From Diploschistes diacapsis (Eukaryota): DNA of 41,951 nt. The DNA lies in NCBI GenBank assembly GCA_023645945.1, contig JALAIB010000044.1:1-41951 (forward strand), written 5' to 3'. Positions 1-11,975 of this stretch are shown piece after piece. Position 1 is the first letter of the stretch, and every line of letters starts with the position of its first letter. The position numbers and the translations under genes are program-made. The notes below the pieces were generated by a model. The model did not search any database. It was not told the origin of the DNA and saw only the letters and a list, made by a program, of their open reading frames with translations.

Positions 1-16
1 CTCCTCTCTCAACCAT

Positions 17-3000
17 CTACGCCTGCTCCTCCTCCTCATCATCCCCCAACAGCTCATCCTCATCCGGATCAACAACCGCATAGTCGCCCCTCCCCCTCGC
101 AAAGCTATCTCTCGTCGTATACCTCCTCGAGCCACCCCCCCACAAGCCGCTTACAAACCTCCAGCTCGCACCCAACACAAGCGGCACCGCAGCCAAAACG
201 GCAATGACCCCCGCCACGAGAGCGACGGGATACTTGACCCACGGCTGTTCCGCGTCGAATGCCGGGCCCGCACCCGTGTCTCCGAGCCGGATGCGCCCGA
301 AGCTGCCCTGCTGGTAACGCGTCCATACGAAGTATCCGATGCCCGCGGCCGCGGCAACGGGCAGGCAGATGGCCACGAGGAAAAAGGCGAAGCCCGAGAG
401 GCCGGCCGGGTGGCTGCCCTCGTATTCGCCCTCGTGGCCGGGGCAGGGGATGTAATCGCCGAGGTATTTTCGTTCTCCGCCGCCGGTGCATGAGCTTATT
501 GGAATCTTGCGGTACCCTTTGGGCTCGTAGTATGTTTTCAGTGACGGATCCTCTGCGCAGGCGGCTGCGCGGTCTTTTGGCTTGAGGCCGGGCACGAGCT
601 CGCAGATGTTGTCGCTGTTGCGCTGGTAATTAAAGTCGCTGCAAGCGGTTAGCGATGAATACATTGGAGAAAGCTAGCGCTCACCATTCGAAGTCGAGCT
701 TCGTGCAGGTGCAGTTCGTGATCTCGCCGTGGTGTCCTTCCAATTTCGGTCCGTTCCAGCAATCGGCTTCCGGTTTCTTACGAAGGTACTTTACGGTGCG
801 ACCAAAGAGGCAGTCATTGTCCTGAAGAGGATGCTTGGGAGACCAAAGGTAGTAGTCACTGTCGGCATGGTCGTGCTCTTCGTCGACCTTGCAGAACCGA
901 TCGTTACGAATGTTGGAGAAGTCGACATTGACGGTGCCAACCTGACCGTTGCCGTAGCTTAGCCAGATGAGGAATTGCTTAGAGTTGTCTGAGGGAACGG
1001 TACTGAGATCAAGAACTGTAACCGGCTTCTCAGCAAAATTAAACTCTTTCCAATTTGCTCCCTCGTCCGTCGTGTAGTAACCAATGTTTGTCTCCGCCCT
1101 TTCTACGATAACGATCACCGAGCCCTGATCTCCGTACTCCCACTTAAACCGACCCTTCATCACGGCCTTCCAAGTTACACCGGCATCGGTCGATATGAAG
1201 GTGTAGGTGTCATCAGGATCGTAGATGAGGCCCAAGTACTTGCCAACGTTTCCGACTCCCATCATGATACCGATGGCAGTAGGCGACGAGAACGTATCCC
1301 GAGGATCAACTCGCTCGGTGTACGAATGCAAATGCAGGGAACATTCTTCTGCCTTCGTTATATCGCAAGCCCAATCGCTGCCATCAGGCTTCTTGGCCGG
1401 AGCCTGAAGTGGTGCCCACTCTGATCCGTCGTTGTGCGTCACAAGACTCCGAAGCTTCTTGGCCTTGCCAGATATCTCGTCCTCTACGTTGGCAACCACG
1501 TTGATCATGGCAACGCCTTCCACACCCTGCATCTTCTCGAAATCGACATAACCATCATAGTTCCGGTTCACGGCATCGACGCTCAAAACGTACGAGGTTC
1601 CGTTGCTGTTGCTCTTCATGATCCTGCCGTACTCGAACCCTTGCGTGCTGCCAACGGTCACATGCATAAAGACGGCGTGCGTCGAGCTGTCCAGCAAGGT
1701 GTAAGCGGTGTGGATCGGCACGTTGAAATCGGGAGGAAACTCTGCGTCGGCAAAGGTCTTGCCGTCAATACTGGCCTTGACTTTCAGATTGGATTTGAGA
1801 TCTTTCTGCGCAACGATGATGAACTCGGACATGGTGGCAAAAGTCAGGACATTATCAGCCCTGGTTTCGTAATTGCTAAAGAAGTCATCGCTGGAGCGAA
1901 GCTCGAGAACTCCATCCGACTTCTCGCCCTTGTGCTGCACGCAGTAAAGGAGCTTTTCGTTGCCAGCACGGCCTTCCTCTTTAATAAATTCGCATTTCTG
2001 GCTGTACCGCGCAATGGTCTTCCAGTGAGCGCCACGGTCTTCCGAAAAATAGGCCACGTTGTGGCAGTCGCCATTGTCCGAAAAGCCACAGTTCTGCGTA
2101 CCCGTCCAGACGATGTACTCTTTCTCCGTAGGATGAAAGCTAAGGGGTGTCAAAGACCAATCGGTCAGCAGAGGTGCTTCGGCTTCAAAATCTTCAAATG
2201 TATCAGCTCGGTTCACCGTGTACTTTACTTTTTTGGAGTTGGGTGCTACGAAAAAAGCCCGGTCATTCTGGTAAGGATGTTGTAGAATAGCCTGAATATT
2301 GTCCTCATCCTCGAGTATACGCTTCCAGGTTTTACCATGATCCTTGCTCATCCATAGGCCAGAGATGAGGCCTGACATTCCACGCGTGGTACTCATGATG
2401 ATCGTCTCGTCCTCTCCTTGGGCTCGCTCAGCCCGTTCGAGATAGACTTTCTGACCAAAGCCTTCTCCAGTGAACATCGTCGTTGTGATATACAGGTTGC
2501 CGTCAGGTTTAGGCCCGAGCTTAGTCTGATCACATGATCGTTCGACCGTCTCTTCATCCTTTCGTAGCCCGTCGTGACATTGGTTGCCTGGAATCTTTCG
2601 GAATCCTGCACGCCCTTGAAAAATCTTGTCGCCTTCTCTGCAGGCGCCTTCGGGTGGATCGAGCTTAACCGCGGGAATGCAATTCTTCTTTTCGCCCTCG
2701 CCGTCAGGTTTGAAATCAAAATCGCACTCGAAATCCTCCCATGTGCATTCACAAGGTTCGAATTCTGGCTTGGCTTCTCTGAATTTCTCACCCACATAGC
2801 AATCCGCATCTGCCTTGCGTCGACGGTACTTTTGCTTCTGGCCCATCAAGCAATCAGGCTTGCCTTCTTCATTTCGTCGAGCATCCCATTCTTCAAAGTG
2901 GCTGTCACCGCACTTGTCTTTGTAAATGCCATTGAAATCGATCGAGTAAAGGTAGAAGCCGATTCCATCATCCTCGCGCCTGGTAGCCTCAAGGATGAAC

Positions 3001-4562
3001 TTGAGACTGGTAGAGTCCGGTACTGTGGTTAGAAAAGCTGCTCTGATTTCGTGATCATCAATCTCGACTTCTGTCCAATTGTGGCCACGATTGAGGGAGT
3101 AGGATATTGACTTGGTAGATGCTTGGTCGGCTATTGCGACGAGAACGGTACCCTGATCACCAAATTCGTACTTGTGGGGTTCGTCTAGAGCAAGACGCCA
3201 TGTTACACCAGCATCATCAGACACGTATAAATCACCCTCCTGGTAAGGTTTAAGATAATCGCCCGTGTTTCCAACACCCATGATGATGCCTGGTGCAGGA
3301 CTGCTAAATACTCGGCCAACGTTTTGGAGATCGGTGACCGAATGCAAATGAAGCTCATTCTTCCCAACAGTCAATGCCTTGAATGTCCTTCCATCGTCAA
3401 AGCTGATCTTGCTCTGGACCTGTTTCCGTACCAAAGGGTTCCGTTCTATCTCTTGAAAGTTCTTCACGACGTTGACCATGACGATGCCTTGTATGCCCTG
3501 GACCTTTTCAAAGTCCACAATGCGCTCGAAATTCCGATTCGTATGTCGAATGTTTTCAGTGAAATATCTACCGTCCGAGTTGCTGCTGAATAGCACGCCC
3601 ATTGGATTGAAAATATTCGTGTTCATGACGTCCACCTGAATGCTGTAGTTCGTAGACTCCATGATGGTATACTCATTTTCGTTGAGCTTCTGATCTCCTG
3701 AGAACTCGGCCTGGTGCCACCTTTCGCCATCGACCGTCACATAAAGCGAGAGCTCGCTGGACCCTTCAGACTTGGCTGCGGTTATGATATAGCCCTTGAC
3801 AACCGTAATGTTCAGGATTCCCTTGACGGTCCGACCCTCAGCCAAGGGAGGCTCTTCCTTTGTCTCAAAGAAATCGTCGGACATGAAGATACGCTGATCG
3901 AAGACTGAGGTAGAACCGTCACCTTTAAGGACACAGAGTATGCGGTCCTTTTCTTCTAATATCCTGTCCGAGTGCCATTGTGGTGTAGCATGAGCCCACA
4001 CGCAGCCTCGACTATCGCCTCGCAGCTCTTTCACGTCCTTGAAATCGTTTGTGGTGAAGAACGAGACCTCATCGCACAGATAAGGGTTTTCGCAGCGCAT
4101 CCCATTGAATATCACTTTCTTGCTATTACCCGCATGGAAAGCCAAAGGCAGTCTCATCTGGGTGGCCATAACGTTTGATCCTGGTATGGTGAACGGTTGC
4201 CACGACTCGCCTTTGTCTTTTGTGAACCAGTGGACATTGTTGCGGCCGAGAGCGTAAGCCTTTGTGTTATCATAGGGGTGCATCCAGAGAGACACCACCA
4301 TTTTCGTGCCATCTTCATCTCCTTCAGTTTCTAGAATCGGTTTCCATTCCCCGCCGCCGTCCGTAGATCTCCAAACCCTACCGATCTCTTCATGCGCGAG
4401 ACTGATATCGCTGTCGTCGAAGTACTGGACAGATATAGGTCGGCTCTGAAACTGTTTGGACTTTATTCGCGGAATGTCGTCTTTGGCATGTGCTGACCAG
4501 ACGGTAAAGAAGAGTATCAGCGGTAACCAGATCATGGTTACTGGAGAGCTGCGAAGCCGCAT
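17..4562 (-). CDS. VPS10: Vacuolar protein sorting receptor Vps10/Pep1 (two VPS10 domains, TM segment, cytosolic tail); 2 exons, intron 639..684
   Basis: N-terminal signal peptide, repeated Asp-box/BNR motifs (STDGG, SDDAGVTW, SKDHGKTW, STDAGVTW) and two VDFEK(V/M)QG + Cys-rich modules. Intron GTGAGC...GCTAAC...TGCAG joins ORF 681..4562 to ORF 17..664, giving DFEC-DFNY. TM segment FFLVAICLPVAAAAGIGYFVW; tail has YAVV and DEDELL. Confidence 0.96.
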
Positions 4563-6703
4563 GATTAGGTCTCACTAACGAAGTATTGATAGGTGAAAGA
4601 TCACGCAGGCAAAAGCCGCGAGAGATTTCTGGGAGTTGAACACCTCTTCTCGCACATGAAGGTACCACTGTGTCAGGAGGCGGCGATGAAAGCATCAGCC
4701 CTATAGCCTTACGTACTTCAGCTCATTGTGTGCACGGACCATGATCCGGACTCCAGTACGGAAGTTGTATCTACCAAAGATTCACCAAATGCTAAAGTAC
4801 CTCTATCAGAGCCTCATATGAGACAATTACTATCAAGGGAAATCTCGCGATAACCAAGAACGCTCTACTTGCGAGACTCGATTAGCGACCCAAACGGAAC
4901 CTTCATAAGCATCCTCTCCCCCATCCTTACTCTGAGCGAAAATCCAAGGCCAACGTATACCTTTTTGCAACGCTATCGCTTTGGTCCTCGATGCATACAT
5001 AGATCGCTCCTGATCACCGTTGAATACTTTTCAAATGTCTGCTAATAAAAAAATACCTCACAATTCATAGGCACTATGGCGACTGAACCCCTTGCTTGCC
5101 TGGAGTAAGCCAAGTGCGTGAACCAAACCAATTCACATGGGAGACATCCACGTCGGTGACGGCTGCATCTCTTCCCTTGGCCTAGGTCACCACTATCTCT
5201 ATAGCATTGACCTTTTCTTCATAAGCCTAGAGCTCGGTGGCGTAAACCGTTAAACGATCCATTCCCACTAGCGCTACCTATATCTCCCGGGCAGACCGGT
5301 GCAAAACTCTGCTCGTTGTTGTTGGGGGCCTCTGCGCGCCTCAAGGGGTTCGGGATCGTAATTTCAAGTTTCAATCCCGCGAGTTCCGGAATAGCAAAGC
5401 TAAGGCGAGTCTGCTAGAATACTCCGAACCGTGACTACGGAGCTCGAAGCCGATATCGATGTCCTAAGCTTCGAAGGGAAATACAAGACAAGAAGGTGCA
5501 GACATGTATATTTCGGGGCCTGTACAAAGGATAACAGGCGGTACGTACCAAACATCTACTGCGGCAGTATGTCCGGTTCACTCCTAGCAAGCTCTTGAGC
5601 ACACTAGCTAAGATAGAAGTTCGAAGAAGGCACACTGCAGCAGAACTAGCTTTTAGAATCTCGCTCTCTTGGTTTTTCTAGCTAGACTACAAGCATAGAG
5701 GTGGCCCCATCGAGGTAGGTATTGCATTAGCAATAAGCGAATACCTCTGTACCGTTGGATGTGATTGCTCTGTACCGGTTGACATTATGCATCGATAGCC
5801 ATGCCCATACGTATCCCCATCTACCACTCCAGAGCATGGATTGGGGAACTCAATACCGCGGTATTCGAAAAATATAGGTCGGCGCGGTCGAGAATGACTG
5901 AGTCTATAGCCAATACTTCTATGATATTGTAGCTTGACTCAATCGAAAGAGTGATTCGCCGCAAATTTTCAAATTTCAAAAAGTCCAAGCGTCACACCAC
6001 TGTTACTCTCGGCATACACCAGATCCATGGATATAGCAAGAAATCAATTGGGGGATTCCCTACCTATTCAGGTCATACCTCCCAAAGCAGGAAGAAGAGA
6101 CCTCATAGTAAACAGTCGGTACCGCAATGACCCATCATCAATTCAACTCAGAGCCTTCTTCCAAGCGACTGCTCTAGGCTGGTAGGGTAGTCCATAGCAC
6201 ACTGAACGAGCAACTGATGAAAAACTCCAGTATTAGTATCCTGAAAAATCAGGTGCCCTCGAAAACAGGAATGTCATCGTCACAAGACTTTCGTGCCCGT
6301 ACAAGACTTCCTAGCGGTCGCTCCCCGGCAAAACCATTATTCCGCGTTGAGCAATCCCCTGACTCCTTTCACGAGGACTTACATGTGCCCTTCTGCAGAA
6401 ATCAGGTGTTTAACACACACGCAAACACCGCAATGACAAATACAGATACCATAATGCAGAATATACTATGTATATAGCAGAGCGTCATTACGATACTTTC
6501 CGTTCCTCCCTACTTTTGCGTGATTCCTCCAACACTGCCTATTCTTATCCTCCGTACCGCTGGTCCCCCATCGGCGCTCTGACAATATCTCGCCAGCGCA
6601 TTGGCCTCCGCTGGGCCATTGCTATTGCCATGGCGGTACTGCTAGTAGAACCCCGCGGCGCCGGGTTGGGAGCTTGTCAGTCCAGACTGGAATCGAGGAG
6701 GAC

Positions 6704-7034
6704 TCATAGCAATAGCATTGAGAGGCTGTTTGCTAGGATGCAAACTCTGCTGCCTTTCTTCCCTCCTTCCCCATCTTCTTCCCCATCTTCATCTTCTTCC
6801 TTCCAATCGTTGGCTGGAAAGTACTTCTCCTCATCTTCATCATCGAATCCATCCTCTTCGTTACACTGTTCCTCGCATTCATCCTCATCCTCATCATTAG
6901 CACTCAGCGACGTACTGTGTCAAGCGTTAAAAAGCAAGCGGCAGCAGCGTATCCAAGCACTGCATCCTCCTAGCTTCCTTCTGCCAGCCAGGAGCCTCCC
7001 TTTACCTCCCGTCGTCACAAAAGAATCTTTCCAT
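6704..7034 (-). other. Possible small very acidic protein (~79 aa, 2 exons, intron 6915..7005), or relic of a longer gene
   Basis: ATG at 7034 gives MERFFCDDG, then an AG|GTAAAG donor and a TTAAC...CACAG acceptor, continuing in frame as STSLSANDEDEDECEEQCNEEDGFDDEDEEKYFPANDWKEEDEDGEEDGEGG to TGA at 6704-6706. Not in the ORF track; the splice model is inferred. Confidence 0.3.
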
Positions 7035-7121
7035 TCAAGGTAGCAAACAGAATTATCGCCTCTCAACGTTTGGACTCTGACCAACTGCAGTAGCACGCAT
7101 TCACAGACAGCGAGCGAAAAA

Positions 7122-7898
7122 ATGGCCATCATCAGACGTGGTCCAGCCATTCCCGGCGCTACCAAGCTTCCCATGCCGCCAGGCGTCGTCAAAACCGCAG
7201 ACGGAAGGTTCACCTTGACTGCCGCATACCCAAGAATGACTGTAGTCATCCGCCCCTCCAAGAAATCCTCCATCGCCGCCACACGGAAGGCTACGAAATC
7301 CTCCGCCATCTCCGCCGCACGCAAAGCCAGGAAATCCTCCGTCAAGCGTAACTCCGGGGCAAAAGCATCTCTCCCCCGTCTCACTATCATCACCCGCTCC
7401 GCCGCGGCCAAACGCTGGTCTAAGACGAAGGCGCCCCTCCCGCCCCTGTCCATGATCACCCGCTCCGCTGCGAAGAAGGCAGCTGCCCGACAACGTGTAG
7501 TCCTTACGCTCAAGGTCCCCAAGCCGCAGGAGCCCCCCTCTCGCCCACCCACCGGCCTCGTCTCGCCTCTCGGATGCGTTCCCATCCCCGACGAGCTCGA
7601 ACCATTCCCGGACTTCGACGAGAGCATGGCAGATTTGGCTGCCCTAGAAGAGGCCGAGGCCGCAGCTCGCAGAGAGGCCGAGGCTCGGGTCGCGCCTAGG
7701 CGGCTTCGTCTGGTGTGCAGACCACCCGGCGAGAGCGGCAGCAGTGGCAGCAGCGATGGAGGAAGCAAGGGCAAGAAGAGGTCCCACGAGGAAAGCGAGG
7801 TTGGAGATGAGAGCAAGGAGGTGGGAGGGCAGGAGAAGAGGCCGAAGATTGTACTTCGCCTCAGGGTGGGTGACAAGGTCACTCACCTTAGAGAATGA
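7122..7898 (+). CDS. Orphan Lys/Arg/Ala/Ser-rich basic protein (258 aa) with internal repeats
   Basis: Intact ATG-to-TGA ORF with AAAAATGG start context and coding-like GC3 bias. Internal repeats KSSIAATRKATKSSAISAARKARKSS and LPRLTIITRSAAAK / LPPLSMITRSAAKK; KKRS NLS-like segment. Confidence 0.65.
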   Translation: MAIIRRGPAIPGATKLPMPPGVVKTADGRFTLTAAYPRMTVVIRPSKKSSIAATRKATKSSAISAARKARKSSVKRNSGAKASLPRLTIITRSAAAKRWSKTKAPLPPLSMITRSAAKKAAARQRVVLTLKVPKPQEPPSRPPTGLVSPLGCVPIPDELEPFPDFDESMADLAALEEAEAAARREAEARVAPRRLRLVCRPPGESGSSGSSDGGSKGKKRSHEESEVGDESKEVGGQEKRPKIVLRLRVGDKVTHLRE

Positions 7899-8702
7899 GG
7901 TAGACGTGTTTTGGCGACCCATTGCGGAAGGTGCATCTGGGAAGGCAGTTTGTCTTTAGGTTTTTGTTTTTTCCCTTGAGCATGGCGATGAATAAGGGCA
8001 TTGGCTTGTGATACCCCAAGGAGCATTGGGTGGTAAGGATATAGAATTTGGATTGGCGTACGCAGAAATGGAAAGGTGCAGTCAGTGAGACCAAATGGCA
8101 TGCCTATGTGATTCTGTACATGACATGGCGTGCTTTGGAAGTGGGAGGTACATATCCCAGTGCTCATGTATATGAAGAAGAGTCCGGTGTGCTTACCTGT
8201 CCTACCGTTGCTGATTTCTCTGCAGACCAATTAGGTCAGTTCCCTGCACAAAAATATCATGCACAATCTCAATGACGGTGATAGCAGCACGTCCCAAAAT
8301 GCCTCACAATCATTATACATGTTTGCAAATTTGCTTTCAATTGTGTTGGTGAAGCTGAGTTACATAAGCAAGCTCTAACTTCTTCAGCCCTACCCATCCA
8401 CAGCAACCTCCTTTCGACTTGTCATTACCACCTAGGTGAAGGGATGCCACATATTTGAAGGTCAGTCATTTCAAAAAGAACAAACAATATCCTGATACTA
8501 CCCCTGAGATAAACTATTATTGCTGAACACCTTGAAATGCTCTGGTCGACTGGTCACCCTGGAATACTGAACAGCCCCTGACAGACGAACAGATTTTGGA
8601 TGTTGAAACCCTTCCCTTCAACGATTTTAACTTCGAAAATCTGCTCTGGAACAAAGCGACGCCGGGTTTTTACATCCGAGGGTCAGGACAAAGGTGCTGG
8701 AA

Positions 8703-9670
8703 CTACGCCTTGTCCAGAACGCTTTCAAATTTGAGCTGAACATCTTCTGCGGTTATGCCCAAGAGGAGAAACCGCAGGACGGCACTGCACAATTTGCAGG
8801 ATGTTCTAGATATGAGGCTTCTCTTCCTGATGGGATCTTCCCGGGTGCCCTGCGTCCAAAGTCTACTGGCTTCCAACATTGTAGAGCAAAAAAACTCCGA
8901 GGCGATATAGTAGTGGTTGCACATCGGCACATCGCAGGGGGCCATTGCCTTTTCCAAAACGGAAGTAGATCTGAGAGCTTAGGATCGGACAAACGGCTAG
9001 AAAGGAAGCTCAGCCACGGAAAACTGACCGTGACGGTAGTCTTCAGATAAACGTTTGTGGGGCCACTGGGGAGACTCAGGCCCATCCCAAATCTAATCAC
9101 GTTGCTCTGCTTTGTCTCTGGACTGTTGCCACCGATATGTTTGATGATGTTGGAAAGCATAACCCTCTGTATTTTCGTGTACATGCTGCCATAATGATTG
9201 TTTCTGGGATGGGTGACGTGAAGATAAAAGTGAGGATCCGAGCCCGCGAGGACCGACGGGTTGTGGCGTGCCTTTTCAAGACATTCCCAATCCATATGTA
9301 CCTCCTCCAACAGAAAGATTGTGCCCGTCCAACCGATGCATTTATGATCAAAGTTAGTCTCCCACTTCTGCGCATCTTCGAACAGGCTAATGTTCGTGAT
9401 GGGCCCTGCATCCCGAACAAAGAAGGCTATCAAAAGCAGGCCGTTGGAGTCGAATGGCGAGCGCGTACTTTCGAGAATGGTCAATTTGTTGTCTCAGATA
9501 ATCGATTTTGGCTTGTTAAGGTGCATGGATTCACCAAGCGCTATCTTGAGACAGAATCCATCATCACCGTCCAGAACCCCGTTCTCGATGATCTGCGGAC
9601 GTATCTCAGCTGGTAGCGAACGGATGGTTGTCGCTGTTTTCTCGTCAGTCAGTCGTGTCTTCCCCTGCAT
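8703..9670 (-). pseudogene. Disrupted gene with N-terminal F-box-like motif
   Basis: ATG at 9670 (TATAAA ~60 nt upstream) reads MQGKTRLTDEKTATTIRSLPAEIRPQIIE, hits an in-frame TGA at 9494-9496, and the same frame continues as ORF 8753..9484. A possible frameshift leads into ORF 8703..8957. Confidence 0.45.
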
Positions 9671-10506
9671 GCTCTATCAGTTGCTAAGCTATAATACCTT
9701 TTTATGAACCAAACAAGTTTGAGGAGCGCTTTATAAGCTCCCTCTTGGCTTTTGATGCGAAACAGCATGGCTGGATTCTGCGAAGTGGGTCCAGCTCCTT
9801 TTCCGACTTGAATCTCTTCAAGGGTTTGACAGTTTCCGACAACACCATATACTAGGATAGGGTCCTACGGTGTGCAACCGGCCATGCTGTTATTTGGGGC
9901 ATGATTGGAATGGACGCGGTCTGCGCAGAAATTCATGATTGAAACAGAAAAGGGACAATTTTTCCCAGCTGAATGGCTCTTTGGAAACAGACGCGCCCTG
10001 TATTCATGGACTAGTTAATTTGTACTGTGGTTACACGTTTTAGCATCATATACTCTTTTATCATAGACAATGTGTCCAGACTTGTTCAACGAAAGATATT
10101 ATAATCTTGAATGCATCAGAGTTACGGTGGCTCATCAAGTCATTCTATGTGAGCTTCAAAAAGAATGGAACTGTCCCTACGTTTAAACCAACGTCGTTGG
10201 TGCGAGTCGTTGGTGTGATAGTGTTTGAAGCACGGATAGTCTTAAAGGACAAACCTTCCCGTTCTAGTATGAGTGCACCATCAGAGGATTTTTAATGGGG
10301 TACAGAGACTGCTGTTTTTGGTCTACCGAAAGTGAATAAGTGCTCCATGTGCATCACTGCTAAGGCCCAGATCATCAGCAACAACACATCAATGCGATTA
10401 AGAGCATAGAATATTAAACGGGCAAATTATGATAAGGCCTTTGCGAATATATCCTGCGGGAGAATCGAGCCCACATGCGCAAACCGTAAAAGGGGAGTAG
10501 TTAGCT

Positions 10507-10945
10507 CTAGAGAGTATCGCACCAAGGCACTATCCAATCTTCACCCAGGTGTACTGATGTGTAAGAAGTAATGAGATTACGCAACAGTCGTCGGTCCATT
10601 GGGTCGGTGAGAGGCACTAAGTTGCGTTCCGTGCAAATCGTAAGCACTCTGTCCGACCTGACGACTCGAAATCGCAGACTGATTTTAGCTTCACACGCAT
10701 TACAGTACATGGCATCGCCAACTGTCGATGCGAAGGGATGCCGTTGTGATTCCTTGGTAATAATGCCGCTACCTCGGCCAAGAATCTCTCGTCTCGAAGA
10801 CGTAGGTGAGGACAGAGAGGGAAGTCCCAGGGCGCTGTTAGCTGTACGTAGACCTCCGACGTATGAAACCAAGCGAATGATTGATAGTGGGTAGATTGCT
10901 TTCCTCGATAACCGCCAATAATAGTTCGTTTGGCAAAGACACAGG
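10507..10945 (-). pseudogene. Degraded F-box protein relic
   Basis: Minus strand from ~10945 reads PVSLPNELLLAVIEESNLPTINHSLGFIRRRS* (F-box LPxELL...SLxxxxRR pattern). A different frame (10507..10872) has YCNACEAKISL...TERNLVPLTDPMDRRLL, resembling C-terminal CxxC...RxLG...PxD motifs of fungal F-box proteins. Confidence 0.45.
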
Positions 10946-11975
10946 CTGTTGATCTGCCTCCTAGCTGGCCTTGTATCGCTTGTACTAAGGTTGATAGTTA
11001 ACGGTGATAGTTCGAATATAGCAGGCTAGTGTAAACCTAGGGCTAGCCGATGTTGATACTGCGTAACCATGTGGTCCTTCTGTACTAGCGAACAGTCATT
11101 TTTGTCCGTAGAGTCGACTCGTCAAGTTGGCAGATCCTCTTAACGTCACGTAGGTATAAAACCTTATGCCATGGTACTTCAAGTCATAGTATTAAGATCA
11201 TCGCCCCTCGCAGAGTACTAGGGTGAAGGATAGAGCCACTGTTTGTATATGGAACAGACATCGGACCGAGGTTGTAGAAAGTTGTTCGTAAGAAAAGAAA
11301 AAAAGAAAGAATTCACTTCATCCTTAGTCTCTAGGCATGCTATTATTGCCTGGCATTTCCCGAGCCTTTGTGTCGCCATAAAGTGGTGAAAGAGAGCTAC
11401 TGGGTTCTTGATATTACTTGCCTCGATACCTCCTCCAGGTCGTGCTCTGCTTTGCTTAATAATTACCAGTGCACCTAACCCCTCCTAGCATAGTCGATGG
11501 CTGTGGAGTCCAGGTTACTTAACCAAGGTCGTTATTGCCGGGGATACTTGGAGTTGGAAGCGGAGAGATGAAGCTTCTGTGTAGCACTAACGAAGAGAAG
11601 GCAGCGTGAGCAAAGGGTTAGACCTGTGCGCTACCGTATGCAAGAGTGCATCAACCTCGCTCGCACCTTTGGCATCGCGTAGTAAGCACTCGAAACGTAA
11701 ATCGCTTGATCCTTTTTTGTCTATAATGTGTCTGTCTCTAAGCGCACGTATTAATTAAAATGCCTTTTCCGTATATGTACTGCTAAGAGTAGCAGCCCAT
11801 GCCCTTCCTCATGACCCTGTGATTCTCTACCGTTTGGATAAAGAGGTGCTAAGCAAACCCAAGTCCCCTGCCCAAAGAGAATGCTATAACCCGACGCTAT
11901 GCAATCGTGGCTATTATATACTCATCATCAAGCATGCTCCCAATCATTATATGCTCCCGTTCTGACCTAACTCTT

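Noticed and set aside
729..4178. Multiple plus-strand ORFs within VPS10 (e.g. 1434..2285)
   Set aside because: Antisense shadows of a long conserved CDS.
4700..6450. Possible transposon remnant upstream of VPS10
   Set aside because: No terminal repeats, target-site duplication or transposase/RT motifs could be found by eye.
6920..7882. 320-aa minus-strand ORF
   Set aside because: Antisense shadow of the GC-rich basic ORF, with a non-ATG start and no independent motifs.
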